A stretch of DNA of 64,000 bases. Origin: an uncultured cyanobacterium (GTDB taxonomy: Bacteria; Cyanobacteriota; Cyanobacteriia; PCC-9006; JAAUQQ01). How positions within the stretch are numbered: the stretch's first letter is position 1; the number at the start of each line of letters is the position of its first letter. Location of the stretch: contig OY970368.1 in the NCBI GenBank assembly GCA_963718615.1, positions 2,400,001-2,464,000 on the forward strand, written 5' to 3'. Under the pieces are notes generated by a model. That model ran no database searches and had not been told where the DNA came from. It worked only from the letters and a program-made list of their open reading frames with translations. Position numbers and translations under genes: made by a program. Shown here piece after piece: positions 38,730-48,706 of this stretch.

Positions 38730-39167
38730 CTAAGAAATAAGACTATCAACAGAGCAGTTCAGCATTAAACTGTTACGGTTTCGACCGTTGACATAGTCAT
38801 AAGTAAATTTATCGACCCCATCAAGGGCGAGAAAAACTCCTAGTCCTCCTATCGATCTCTCATCTAAAGGTTTTTGTAAATCGGTTTCGTCAGGACCCAT
38901 TTGGTGAAATGGATTGTAGGGAGTTCCTGTATCTTCGAGAATAATCGTTAGCGCTTGCTGGGTAATAGTAGCCTTTAGGTCAATGACCCCGCTTCTCCCA
39001 GCTTCTTCATAACCATGAAGAATAATGTTGGTGGCAATTTCGTCGATGGAGAGTCTTAGTTTGTAAGCAGATTGCCGATCGATTCCTGCCTGTTCGGCAG
39101 CGGTCATCACATATTGAGAGATTTTTTTTAGAGACTCAAGAGTGCCGGGAACAGTAATTGCTTCCAT
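38730..39167 (-). CDS. Anti-sigma-factor-type Ser/Thr kinase (RsbW/SpoIIAB-like)
   Basis: DEIATNIILHGY (N box), EDTG.PYNP, IGGLGVFL (G2 box), NGRNR. Confidence 0.92.
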   Translation of the reverse strand: MEAITVPGTLESLKKISQYVMTAAEQAGIDRQSAYKLRLSIDEIATNIILHGYEEAGRSGVIDLKATITQQALTIILEDTGTPYNPFHQMGPDETDLQKPLDERSIGGLGVFLALDGVDKFTYDYVNGRNRNSLMLNCSVDSLIS

Positions 39168-39271
39168 GGGCTGGAAAATTGAGATAATTGTAATCGAACT
39201 GTTTGTTAAGAGTTTACTATTGCTAGAGCTTAGAGACAGCAAACTCTAGCAATAGTGATGTAATGCAAACG

Positions 39272-39607
39272 CTACGCAGGAATTGCACCAAAATTATACT
39301 GATCAACGATATGAACGCTGTGGTGAAAACCTGTTTTTTCAATTGTTCCGAGCACTAGATCTTGAGGGCTTACCACATAGATCTCCACATTTTGACCCAT
39401 CTTTTGCTTTGCAAAAATTAAGACACGTAATCCAGCGCTAGCCATGTATTCTAAGTCAGCCATGTCAAGAACTAAATGCTGGGGTTCTTTAGTTGCAGCA
39501 GCCTCGATTTGAGCTTTGAACTCAGGCGCTGTGCTGGCATCTAATTCGCCCTTCAAGGTGACGATTGCCGCGTGATCATGAATAGAAAGAGTAGCAGTAA
39601 AAGCCAT
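39272..39607 (-). CDS. STAS anti-anti-sigma factor (RsbV/SpoIIAA-like)
   Basis: LKGELDASTAP, LDMADLEYMASAGLR (phosphoacceptor Ser). Confidence 0.92.
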   Translation of the reverse strand: MAFTATLSIHDHAAIVTLKGELDASTAPEFKAQIEAAATKEPQHLVLDMADLEYMASAGLRVLIFAKQKMGQNVEIYVVSPQDLVLGTIEKTGFHHSVHIVDQYNFGAIPA

Positions 39608-39681
39608 GATTTTAGAGGATTGGATGATTTGAGTAATTGGATGATTTGAGTCGTTGAAAAAGCAAATAGCTTGTGAAAAGC

Positions 39682-41805
39682 TTATCTACCTATCAAAATT
39701 ATGATGGAGCGATCGCGAACTAATAATCCTTTTGGATCACTTAACGCAACTTCTTGACCGATACCAAAATGATCTACATCAGAACCAGTATTAGCAGAGA
39801 TATGCCACTGCTGACCTGGGGGTAATCCTGGCAGGTTAAACCACTGGGTTTCCCAGTGCATGTTTATTGCTACATAGATAAAATCGTCTTTAACAGCACC
39901 ATTTTTGGCATGACCACCACAGAGCATAAACGCAAGACAGCGACTACTGTTACTCCAGTCTGTATTCCAAGCTTGAGTACCGTGCCAGGTAATGTCTGCA
40001 TAGCCGCTACCCTGGTAATCTTGGTTTTGAAAATGCTGAGGGGGTCGCAGCACTGGATGAGCTCGGCGAAAATGAATACAATGTTTAGTAAATTGGAATA
40101 AAGGGTCGTTAGCCTTGAGCAAGTTCCAGTTGAGCCAATTGAGTTCGTTGTCGTGGCAATAGGTATTGTTATTCCCATTCTTGCTGCGACCCATTTCGTC
40201 ACCCATGAGCAGCATGGGTACACCTTGGCTGACCATTAAGAGGGCGATCGCGTTCTTAATCTGCCGCTGTCTTAGAGCATTGACGTTGGGATCTTCGGTC
40301 CAGCCTTCTGCGCCACAGTTCCAGCTATGATTATCATTGTCGCCGTCGCGATTGCCTTCACCATTGGCCTCATTGTGTTTGCCATTGAACGAGACTAAGT
40401 CCGCCAAGGTAAAACCATCGTGGGCGGTGATAAAGTTAATTGATGTAGCTGGAGAACGACCTGCCCAAGCATAAAGATCCGGTGAGCCCTGGAGCCGTTG
40501 GGCCACTTCACCCACCTGCCCCTCATCTCCTTTAAGGAACTTTCGAATGCAATCGCGGTACTTACCATTCCACTCAGCCCAGCGTCCATAGGCCGGGAAA
40601 GAGCCCACTTGATAGAGTCCACCTGCATCCCATGCTTCTGCAATCAGTTTACATTTTGCCAGGATAGGGTCGAACGCGAGAGTTTCTAGCAGGGGGGGGT
40701 TAGCTAACGGAGCTCCCCAAGGATCGCGTCCTAAAATGGCAGCTAGGTCAAATCGAAATCCATCAATATGATATTCTGAAGCCCAGTAACGCAAACAATC
40801 AAGGACAAAGTTGCGCACAATTGGATTATTGCAGTTTAGTGTATTGCCACAACCACTAAAGTTGAAGTAATAACCCTCCGGTGTCAGCATATAGTAGGTC
40901 TTATTATCCAAACCCCGGAATGAGATTGTAGGTCCACGTTCATTACCTTCAGCTGTATGGTTAAAAACGACATCAAGAATGACCTCAATTCCGTTTTTAT
41001 GCAGCTCTTTGATCAATGTTTTCAGCTCATCTACCTGCATCCCAAATCGTCCGGTGGCTGCATAGGCTGCCTTGGGTGCAAAAAATCCAACGGTGCTATA
41101 CCCCCAGTAGTTATAGAGCATTTCACCCGATTCTGGGTTAGGACGAGAGTTTTCAAACTCGTCAAACTCGAATACAGGCATTAACTCAACAGCATTAATG
41201 CCTAGCTCTTTAAGGTAGGAGATTTTATCACAAATGCCCGAAAATGTTCCTCGATGACTTTCTTTAATCTCAGAGGAATCGTGGCGTGTAAAACTGCGCA
41301 CGTGCATCTCATAGATAATGAGATCCTCGTGGGGAATTTCTAAGGGACAATCATCTTCCCAGTCAAAATCATCTAAAACAATTTGAGATCGATGTTGATA
41401 TTTCTCATTCCAGTCTGGAGTTCTTCCCCAAACTTCTCGACCTCCAAGGGCTTTAGCATAGGGATCTGTCAAAATCTTGCTGGTATCATACCAGTCGCCT
41501 ATCTGCGGATTAAAGGGACCATCCATACGATACCCATACTCAAGCGTTTCATAGTCCAATTCAAAGACTGTCATTGTGAAGACATTGCCAGTCCGGAATT
41601 CTTGAGGAAAAGGGATTTCTACAAAGGGCTCAGGGTTGTGTTTTTTGAATAGTACTAATGTACAGGCTGTTGCACCACTTGAAAAAACAGAGAAGTTTAC
41701 TCCCCCTGGTACTAAAGTGACGCCAAAGGGAAAAGGACGACCTCGACGTACTTTGAATCCATTTCTTGTATGCGTCGGTCGGGTATCAATCCGTTCCATT
41801 ATCAC
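39682..41805 (-). CDS. glgX: Glycogen debranching enzyme / isoamylase (GH13)
   Basis: GRPFPFG, DPYAK, IYEMHVR, VELMPV, NYWGY, DVVFNHTAEG, DGFRFDLA, IAEAWD, NFITAHDGFTL, GNNNTYC. Confidence 0.96.
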   Translation of the reverse strand: MIMERIDTRPTHTRNGFKVRRGRPFPFGVTLVPGGVNFSVFSSGATACTLVLFKKHNPEPFVEIPFPQEFRTGNVFTMTVFELDYETLEYGYRMDGPFNPQIGDWYDTSKILTDPYAKALGGREVWGRTPDWNEKYQHRSQIVLDDFDWEDDCPLEIPHEDLIIYEMHVRSFTRHDSSEIKESHRGTFSGICDKISYLKELGINAVELMPVFEFDEFENSRPNPESGEMLYNYWGYSTVGFFAPKAAYAATGRFGMQVDELKTLIKELHKNGIEVILDVVFNHTAEGNERGPTISFRGLDNKTYYMLTPEGYYFNFSGCGNTLNCNNPIVRNFVLDCLRYWASEYHIDGFRFDLAAILGRDPWGAPLANPPLLETLAFDPILAKCKLIAEAWDAGGLYQVGSFPAYGRWAEWNGKYRDCIRKFLKGDEGQVGEVAQRLQGSPDLYAWAGRSPATSINFITAHDGFTLADLVSFNGKHNEANGEGNRDGDNDNHSWNCGAEGWTEDPNVNALRQRQIKNAIALLMVSQGVPMLLMGDEMGRSKNGNNNTYCHDNELNWLNWNLLKANDPLFQFTKHCIHFRRAHPVLRPPQHFQNQDYQGSGYADITWHGTQAWNTDWSNSSRCLAFMLCGGHAKNGAVKDDFIYVAINMHWETQWFNLPGLPPGQQWHISANTGSDVDHFGIGQEVALSDPKGLLVRDRSIIILIGR

Positions 41806-41817
41806 ACTAACATCCTC

Positions 41818-42165
41818 CTAAAAAGCGATGGTTTTCTTAAGCTGATTAAAGCCTGCTTCTCTGGTCTCAAGAACAGTAAAAAACTTAAGGAATCCAGTGA
41901 CAGACATGGTGTCTTGAATTTCTTCCGAAAGACCAACTAGGACAAAGGGGATATCTCGGGCTGTGACTTGACGATAGATCGAGAGCAGTACACGCAGACC
42001 CGCACTAGACATGTAGGGGACCTGAGTTAGATCAAGTAGGATAGGAATGCCTTGTTGAGCGAGAGGTAGTATTTCTTGCTGTGCTGTAGGAGCAGTACTC
42101 GCATCGATATCACCACTAATCTCGATAACTTTGACGCAGTCAATATCCGCAATCTTGATTTCCAT
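41818..42165 (-). CDS. STAS anti-anti-sigma factor (RsbV/SpoIIAA-like)
   Basis: ISGDIDASTAP, LDLTQVPYMSSAGLR, TGFL. Confidence 0.92.
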   Translation of the reverse strand: MEIKIADIDCVKVIEISGDIDASTAPTAQQEILPLAQQGIPILLDLTQVPYMSSAGLRVLLSIYRQVTARDIPFVLVGLSEEIQDTMSVTGFLKFFTVLETREAGFNQLKKTIAF

Positions 42166-42272
42166 AGAAGTTGTTTGATTGGGTTAAAAGCATGAGACAA
42201 AACTAGGTTCTTAAGAACCATATGTTAGACGAAAAGAAGGCCAATCTCAGATCCTAAAGTCTTAGCTAGAGC

Positions 42273-44093
42273 CTAATCGATGGGCTCTAAACGAACTTTT
42301 ACTTTTACGGACTTCTCAGCATTGGGTAAAGTCACTGTCAGCGCATTAGCATCAAAGCTATGATAAGGCTGGCCATCAATTTCAACTGAACCGATTTTGA
42401 CCCGTCCGGGCGGTAAAATGTCAGGTGAAACACGTAGAATCCTGTCAGGAAAACCGTTGGACTGAGGTTTAAAATAGAAGTCCATAGGTTGTTTCTTGAT
42501 CAGTAAATTAGTATAGACTGCTGCTAGATAACACAGCTCTGTCGAGTGATAGCCACTCATGGAATGGGAGCCCTTACCTCGCTCATTACCTCCGGCCAAG
42601 TAAGGTAGGCCATTGGCCAAGACGTTGAAATAGACTCCTCCATCTTCAGTGTCAAGGAACCAGGCATTGTAGAACGCAGAAGCCTCACGAGCATGACGTA
42701 AATATTCTTGATTATCTAGGCAACCTGCGAGGATCAAGTAGGCCAAAATTGCCTGTTCTTGCTGCCACCATGCTTTACGATCGTGCCATACATGACGATG
42801 AAACTTCTGACCCAGAGGAACTTCTCGTTCTACTACGTCGTACCATCCTCCCCGTTGCTGATCACTCCCGACTTCAGGCATAGTTTGAGCCAGTCGCTCA
42901 GCCAATTCAGTGTACTTGTCTTTCGGCTTAAGACTTTGCATCCGCATGAGGTTCCAGGCAATTTTGAGGTTGTGCCCAACCACAGCACGATTTTGTTGCC
43001 AACCCCAGTTTTGATCTTTAGACCAATCTTCAAAGAAACGTTCTTGAACAAAGGGACTGTTGTCAAAGTCAGGAAAACGCTGCTCAATTGTATCGAATGT
43101 GTACTCTAGCATCTTGGCATATTCTTCTCGTCCAGTTGCCAAGAAGAGGTTAACCAAATAGGCCGGAGCATGATCACCTACGGAGTTCCAATTTTTGGTT
43201 CCCTTGTTATGCCCAAGGGATTCACTGCGTGGATCCAGCATGACGGGCTCCAAGTGGGAGAAGTAACCGCTATGTTCGCTCTGGTCTAGGAAAAACTTGT
43301 CAAAGAGTTTGATCGTTTGTTCAGCATCACTTAGAATACGAGGATCACCGGTAATGCGATAGGTTTGGGTGGGTCCAGCCAGGGCATAAATTTGCTCATA
43401 GGCAGGAATGGCATCATAGTCATCGCCAAATTCAGATGCGAAGATTTTTTGTTCGCGATCGCCCTGGACATCAATACCGTGATACCAGTAAACGATATCC
43501 TCATCCTGGTCCACGAACCGCATGTGTTCTCGTAAATACTCTGTCCCTTTTTCAGCAGCTTCTAAGAACTTGTCTTCACCCGTCATGAGAAAAGCGGTGG
43601 CAAATCCATAAACTAAGCGAGAAATCGTGTCAGTTTCTTGACGAAAATTCGTATCGGACTTAACGCCGGAAAGGCTCAGAGTTGTTCGATAGTTACGATA
43701 ATCAATTTCTTCGTCCCCAAATTGAGCTTTGAGATAGAAGTTTGCCAGAGATCTGACCTGATCTATCCACCAGTTTTGTTTTTCAAAGTAGTATTCTTCT
43801 GTCGTACGACCTAGAAAAACAATTTGCTTGGCTTCAAACTTGGGAGAGTCAGGATAAAATACACCATAGGTAAATAACTGACGCCCTTCCGTGAGCATCG
43901 ATCGCATATTGCTTGTCGCATCGGGATAAGCTTCATCAAAATTTTGAAGCATCTTAGCAAAGGTCATGCTGCCCAATATGACATCGAATTCACGACCGTC
44001 AGATGTCTTTAGTCCGAAAACATCGTTTTCAGAATTGAAGTAAGTAACATAGCCAGCAATCAAATCGGAGCTAGGGAAGACAGGTGTTTGCAT
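42273..44093 (-). CDS. AGE-family (N-acylglucosamine 2-epimerase-like) protein with extra N- and C-terminal domains (Slr1855-like)
   Basis: ETDTISRLVYG, NWNSVGDH, VVGHNLKIAW, KAWWQQEQ, KGSHSMSGYHSTEL (three-His pattern of AGE barrels). Confidence 0.85.
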   Translation of the reverse strand: MQTPVFPSSDLIAGYVTYFNSENDVFGLKTSDGREFDVILGSMTFAKMLQNFDEAYPDATSNMRSMLTEGRQLFTYGVFYPDSPKFEAKQIVFLGRTTEEYYFEKQNWWIDQVRSLANFYLKAQFGDEEIDYRNYRTTLSLSGVKSDTNFRQETDTISRLVYGFATAFLMTGEDKFLEAAEKGTEYLREHMRFVDQDEDIVYWYHGIDVQGDREQKIFASEFGDDYDAIPAYEQIYALAGPTQTYRITGDPRILSDAEQTIKLFDKFFLDQSEHSGYFSHLEPVMLDPRSESLGHNKGTKNWNSVGDHAPAYLVNLFLATGREEYAKMLEYTFDTIEQRFPDFDNSPFVQERFFEDWSKDQNWGWQQNRAVVGHNLKIAWNLMRMQSLKPKDKYTELAERLAQTMPEVGSDQQRGGWYDVVEREVPLGQKFHRHVWHDRKAWWQQEQAILAYLILAGCLDNQEYLRHAREASAFYNAWFLDTEDGGVYFNVLANGLPYLAGGNERGKGSHSMSGYHSTELCYLAAVYTNLLIKKQPMDFYFKPQSNGFPDRILRVSPDILPPGRVKIGSVEIDGQPYHSFDANALTVTLPNAEKSVKVKVRLEPID

Positions 44094-44177
44094 GATAAAC
44101 CTAAGAATTGGATAGACTGCACACTAACTCAAGATAAACGCAGGAGTTTTATTCAAAACATCTAAGTGATTTAGAGA

Positions 44178-44621
44178 CTAATCCGTCAGCCTAGGCGGAT
44201 TTTCTTGATCGACAAAACCCTCACTTAATTCAATGATTCGACCATCTGGATCTGCAATCCAAGCCGTGCGCCAACCAGGAATAAAATCATCAAAACTAAG
44301 AGGACCTAGAGTGATGGGTGCAGCATTCTCTAGTTCTGCTAATTTTGCATCGACGCTTGCAACTTTGAAGGCTAAATGGCGAACACCGGGATATTGAGGC
44401 CCATCATTAACCGCTGTTGGGACAGGTGCTTCTTCCTTGGCTTGGAAGAGCTCTAAATAAAAGGCACTATCTCCCATCTTGAGAAAAACGATCTGATCTC
44501 CATCTGGTAATTCTGCCACCCGTGCTCGACGGAATCCAAAATGCTTGGTGTAAAATTTTTCCGTCGAAATGGGATCTTTGCAGGTGATGGCGACCTGGGA
44601 AAAAATTTGCATGACATTCAT
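44178..44621 (-). CDS. VOC (glyoxalase-like) family protein
   Basis: QVAITC...FYTKHFGF, YLELF, RHLAFKV, ADPDGRIIEL. Confidence 0.9.
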   Translation of the reverse strand: MNVMQIFSQVAITCKDPISTEKFYTKHFGFRRARVAELPDGDQIVFLKMGDSAFYLELFQAKEEAPVPTAVNDGPQYPGVRHLAFKVASVDAKLAELENAAPITLGPLSFDDFIPGWRTAWIADPDGRIIELSEGFVDQENPPRLTD

Positions 44622-44641
44622 AAGAGTATCCGCTAGATTTG

Positions 44642-45238
44642 TTAGGCAACTGCTTGGAGATAGTACTTTTTGGCATTGGCCATCATTTCGATCATTCGTT
44701 TAGCAAAAAGATGGCAGTGCCCTCCACTTCGTCCAGTAATCAAATCAGCATCCATGACGACATCTTGATCGGTATAGATTGCACCCATATTTCTGACATC
44801 GCCATAAAGATTGTTATGGCAGACTACCCGGCGGCCACGAGCGAGCTCCGGAGCGGGTGCAACCAGCCACATTCCATGGCAAATAATGCCCTTAAGAATG
44901 CCAGGATCGGCAAACGCCCGTTTGAGGAATTGGGTTGCTGGAGCTAACTGACGAACATCCTCGCTGTAGCGGAGGCGATCGCTTACCATTCCAGAAGGGA
45001 CGATAATTGCGTCATAGCTTTTCAATTCTGTATCACTCATGTCTTCAAAACTTTCAGAACAGGTGAAGGGCGCTTTAAACTCATGGCCTTTGAATTCAAT
45101 TGAAGACTGACCCCATAGACGAGAAAGAAAATGGAGATCAGCCCCCTCTTCTGCAAACCGATAGTTGTAGTACCAGATTTCCTGTTCGTAGAAATCGCTT
45201 TCAATCAGAACCCCGATCTTCTTTCCTTTCAGTTTCAT
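44642..45238 (-). CDS. DJ-1/PfpI family protein
   Basis: KKIGVLIESDFYEQE, DAIIVPSG, nucleophile elbow GIICHG, VVMDADLITGR. Confidence 0.9.
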   Translation of the reverse strand: MKLKGKKIGVLIESDFYEQEIWYYNYRFAEEGADLHFLSRLWGQSSIEFKGHEFKAPFTCSESFEDMSDTELKSYDAIIVPSGMVSDRLRYSEDVRQLAPATQFLKRAFADPGILKGIICHGMWLVAPAPELARGRRVVCHNNLYGDVRNMGAIYTDQDVVMDADLITGRSGGHCHLFAKRMIEMMANAKKYYLQAVA

Positions 45239-45295
45239 TGTTGTATCAAATAGGAATAGAGTTGCCCGATATGCTGAATCTGATTCAAGATGAAA

Positions 45296-45700
45296 TTACG
45301 CCTGAAGCTGCTGAACTAGGGTAAATTGGTCCCAGTTGTTCCAAAGCTGATTAATTTTGCCGTCGATAATTTCAAAGATGGTAATGCCATTGACATTGAT
45401 CCCTTTATTGCTAGGGGATGAGCCAAAGAAATTTCCGGTCTGAGTTCCAGTACAAATCCAACGAGCGATTACCTTGTCTTCAGTAGTTAGAGTTTCTTCT
45501 ACTGTATACTTTGCATCTGGAATTCCCTCAATGAAACCACCAATAAATCCTTTGGCTGCCTCAATTCCTTTAATGTCATGAGCGTTAACATGGCCAACAT
45601 AGTTGGGGCCTAGAATCTCGTCTAAGAGATCGAGTTTATGCGCATTGTAAACTTCGTAAAACTTCAGAGCAACATCAAGGTTAGTCTTAGACATGATCAA
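45296..45700 (-). CDS. SnoaL-like ester cyclase / NTF2-fold protein
   Basis: GIPDAKYTVEE, DKVIARW..TGTQTG.FFG..PSNK, GITIFEIIDGKI. Confidence 0.88.
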   Translation of the reverse strand: MIMSKTNLDVALKFYEVYNAHKLDLLDEILGPNYVGHVNAHDIKGIEAAKGFIGGFIEGIPDAKYTVEETLTTEDKVIARWICTGTQTGNFFGSSPSNKGINVNGITIFEIIDGKINQLWNNWDQFTLVQQLQA

Positions 45701-45778
45701 TCATCCTTTGAATTAGATACGTGTATGAAGGTGAGAAAAGTAGCTGTTATTTACCACCAGGATAAAGAAGCCAAGGAA

Positions 45779-46171
45779 TTAAGCCACAGTTCCATCCGGG
45801 TACTGAGTCATTCCTGCAAAGTGAATGGCAATTTTTCCATCGCGTAGAACCCAGCTATCGGCAAAGCGCATTTTTGCTTCACCTTCTTCTGTTTTCATCG
45901 TGATTGATTCAACAATCATTAACGTTGTCGGATTTTCGGTCTCAGCCCAAAATGCAATATCGACTTCTAACCCTTGAATACCCAGAATCCCTTGGAAATG
46001 CTCTTCTAATTTCTTGTGCCCACGATAGTAAATGGGCTCTTTCATAAAAGAGCTGATGAGGACCGCATCCTCTGTATATTGATTGAGCAATCCTTTGATG
46101 TCTTTTTTGAGAATTAGACTAATATGCTCTTCGTACATGAGGCCGAGAGGACTATCGGGAACCTTAGCCAT
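45779..46171 (-). CDS. NTF2-like (SnoaL_2-type) protein
   Basis: DIKGLLNQYTEDAVL, DSWVLRDGKIAIHF. Confidence 0.8.
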   Translation of the reverse strand: MAKVPDSPLGLMYEEHISLILKKDIKGLLNQYTEDAVLISSFMKEPIYYRGHKKLEEHFQGILGIQGLEVDIAFWAETENPTTLMIVESITMKTEEGEAKMRFADSWVLRDGKIAIHFAGMTQYPDGTVA

Positions 46172-46193
46172 GGTGATGTCTCCTGTATTTGTA

Positions 46194-47765
46194 CTAAATT
46201 GCCATTGCGACAGATTTGCTTAAACCGTGGGCTGATTTAATGAGATCTGCTGCTTTTTCAGCGATCGCCAGCACCGCTGCATGACAGTTACCAGAAGGTA
46301 CCGATGGAATGACACTGGCATCAACAACCCGAAGTTGTTCCACCTCACGTACCCGAAGTTCCAGATCAACCACAGCCAAATCATCAATTCCCATTTTGCA
46401 GGAGCCACACTGGTGATGATAGGTTTCTGCACGCTGACGAACAAAAGCCTCCAGTTGTGCATCAGTCTTGACTTCAGGACCCGGTAACAATTCCTCCGTT
46501 CCCCATGCAGCAAATGCTTGGGTACCAAAAAGAATCTCTTGGCCCAACCGCACTGATTGCATCAGCCGTTCCACATCTTCCCGCTCGACTAGATAATTGG
46601 GATTAATCTGAGGCGCATCCAAAGGATTATTGCTATCTAGGCGCAACCAGCCCCGTGACTTGGGTTGAACCACCCCTGGAATAATACTCACCGAGTTAGG
46701 ATGATCCTGACCAATAATGATGTCAAAGGGGACATGTACAAAACTGATCTGTAGATCCGGCGCATCAAGATATTCACTTGACTTAGTGAACAAACAACTT
46801 TCCGACATATTTTGATTGGGACCTGGCACTGGCCGATTAGTTTTGCCAATGATGCCCGTCAGAACATGATTGTGAAAGTTTTCACCTACACCTGGTAAAT
46901 CAGCCACTACTGGAATCTGGAATGATTGGAGCTGTTGAGCATTCCCAATGCCAGACAACATTAGGAGCTTAGGAGATTCGATTGCTCCAGTACTAACAAT
47001 CACCTCACGCTGGGCTTTGGCTGATCGATGATTTGTTCCCTCTAGATATTCTACGCCGATACAACGTTTGCCTTCAAATTGGAGCTTGGTTGCGATCGCA
47101 TTAGTAATTACAGTCAGATTAGGACGATCTAACACCGGCAACAAATAGGCTTGGGCAACGGTTTGGCGTTTCCCATCTTTGATATTGAGATGGTGCCAAC
47201 CGGCTCCCTCCATTTGGGGACCATTAAAGTCATCGGTCTGGGGATAACCCAATTCTGCACAGGCATTCAAAAATACCTGAGAAGTGGGATTAGGATCGTG
47301 AAGTCTTGCACTGGATAATTGGAAAGGACCTTGATGTCCTGCCCAAGGACTTGTTTCATCTTCCTGATTTTCAATCCGTTGGAAATAGGGTTGCAACTCG
47401 TCATAGCTCCAGCCCTTAGCACCTTGGGTTACCCATCGATCATAGTCAGACCGATGACCTCGGATGTAAATCATCAGATTTAGGGCGCTGCTTCCTCCTA
47501 TAACTTTACCACGAGGCTCATGGAGCTGACGTCCTCCCAGAGCGCTTTGAGGTACGCTTTTATAGTCCCAATCCACGGGTGTATGCCAGAGGAAGGGCCA
47601 CATCGCAGGCAGATGAATATTATCGGGAATCTGATCGCTGCCTGCCTCTAGAACCAGCACGCGAATGTCTGGGTTTTCAGAAAGTCGATTGGCAAGAACA
47701 CAGCCAGCAGAGCCAGCTCCAACAATGATGAAATCGTATTGCATGGTAGAACATTCCTGAATCAC
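46194..47765 (-). CDS. GMC family FAD oxidoreductase
   Basis: YDFIIVGAGSAGCVLANRL, PRGKVIGGSSALN, GAIESPKLLMLSGIG, GVGENFHNH, YHHQCGSCKMG, VVDASV.P..PSGN. Confidence 0.95.
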   Translation of the reverse strand: MIQECSTMQYDFIIVGAGSAGCVLANRLSENPDIRVLVLEAGSDQIPDNIHLPAMWPFLWHTPVDWDYKSVPQSALGGRQLHEPRGKVIGGSSALNLMIYIRGHRSDYDRWVTQGAKGWSYDELQPYFQRIENQEDETSPWAGHQGPFQLSSARLHDPNPTSQVFLNACAELGYPQTDDFNGPQMEGAGWHHLNIKDGKRQTVAQAYLLPVLDRPNLTVITNAIATKLQFEGKRCIGVEYLEGTNHRSAKAQREVIVSTGAIESPKLLMLSGIGNAQQLQSFQIPVVADLPGVGENFHNHVLTGIIGKTNRPVPGPNQNMSESCLFTKSSEYLDAPDLQISFVHVPFDIIIGQDHPNSVSIIPGVVQPKSRGWLRLDSNNPLDAPQINPNYLVEREDVERLMQSVRLGQEILFGTQAFAAWGTEELLPGPEVKTDAQLEAFVRQRAETYHHQCGSCKMGIDDLAVVDLELRVREVEQLRVVDASVIPSVPSGNCHAAVLAIAEKAADLIKSAHGLSKSVAMAI

Positions 47766-47768
47766 AAT

Positions 47769-48659
47769 TTAAACGGCAACAGCATCAGCCTGAAAAGCCT
47801 GAATATTGTCTTGGATGAACTGCTCAAAAGTAATGGGCTGTTTGTCAGTAATCGTAAAAAAGTCATTTGTTGGTTCAGCTCCCCAACCGGTGCGATAAAG
47901 GGCAAACATTTCGTTAAAGGTATCTGCCAACCAATCAGGTTGTCCCCAATTGAGCATGTTGGCTTTAAACTGTTCTGGACTTAGATCGACATACTGTACT
48001 GGACGACCTAGAGCTTGGGAAAATTTTTCTGCAACTTGATCGAAAGAAAGAGATTCTGGGCCTGTAAGAGTATAGGCTTTCCCTGCATGCTTCTCTGGAT
48101 GAAGCAGTGTTTGAACAATTGCCGCTGAAATGTCACGCACGTCAATATGACTAATAGAAGAATTTCCCCCTGGCTGAGAAAATATGCCCTGGGTTGAAAT
48201 TAGTTGACTAAAGGCCAGAAAATTTTGCATGAAGCCATTAGGGCGCAAACTACAATAAGCGATTCCAGATTCTGACAATAGTTGTTCTGCATCTCCGTGC
48301 CAACGCCCTAAACGCATGGGGGAGTCTGGAGCTGCGCCAATAGCCGAGAATTTGACAATATAAGATGTCTTCGATCGCTTTGCTGCATCGATAAAGTTAC
48401 GCTGTAGCTCAACGGCATTCGGATCGATAGGGGGGAGCATGAGTGCTCTATCGATGCCTTGAAGCGCTGCATCTAGAGATACTGGGTTAGAGAAATCGCC
48501 TTCAACGAGCTCAGCACCGAATTCCTGTAAGGGAATGCCTTTATCAAGCCTACGAACCATAGCACGTACAGTTATGCCTGTGGTGGCCAGTTGTTGGATA
48601 ACTTGCTGGCCATTAGTGCCGGTAGAACCAGTGATCAGAATTTTAGGTTGAGATAGCAT
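47769..48659 (-). CDS. NmrA-like atypical SDR, NAD(P)H-binding
   Basis: ILITGSTGTNG, H..AE..L..SGI....LRPNGFMQN, IDVRDI, LTGPE. Confidence 0.9.
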   Translation of the reverse strand: MLSQPKILITGSTGTNGQQVIQQLATTGITVRAMVRRLDKGIPLQEFGAELVEGDFSNPVSLDAALQGIDRALMLPPIDPNAVELQRNFIDAAKRSKTSYIVKFSAIGAAPDSPMRLGRWHGDAEQLLSESGIAYCSLRPNGFMQNFLAFSQLISTQGIFSQPGGNSSISHIDVRDISAAIVQTLLHPEKHAGKAYTLTGPESLSFDQVAEKFSQALGRPVQYVDLSPEQFKANMLNWGQPDWLADTFNEMFALYRTGWGAEPTNDFFTITDKQPITFEQFIQDNIQAFQADAVAV

Positions 48660-48706
48660 GAGATTAGATAACTCAATAATGATTGATAGAAAATGGAGAA
48701 GCAATA

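Noticed and set aside
46194-47765. Choline dehydrogenase betA
   Set aside because: Generic GMC motifs only; no betB/betI/betT neighbours, so substrate cannot be assigned
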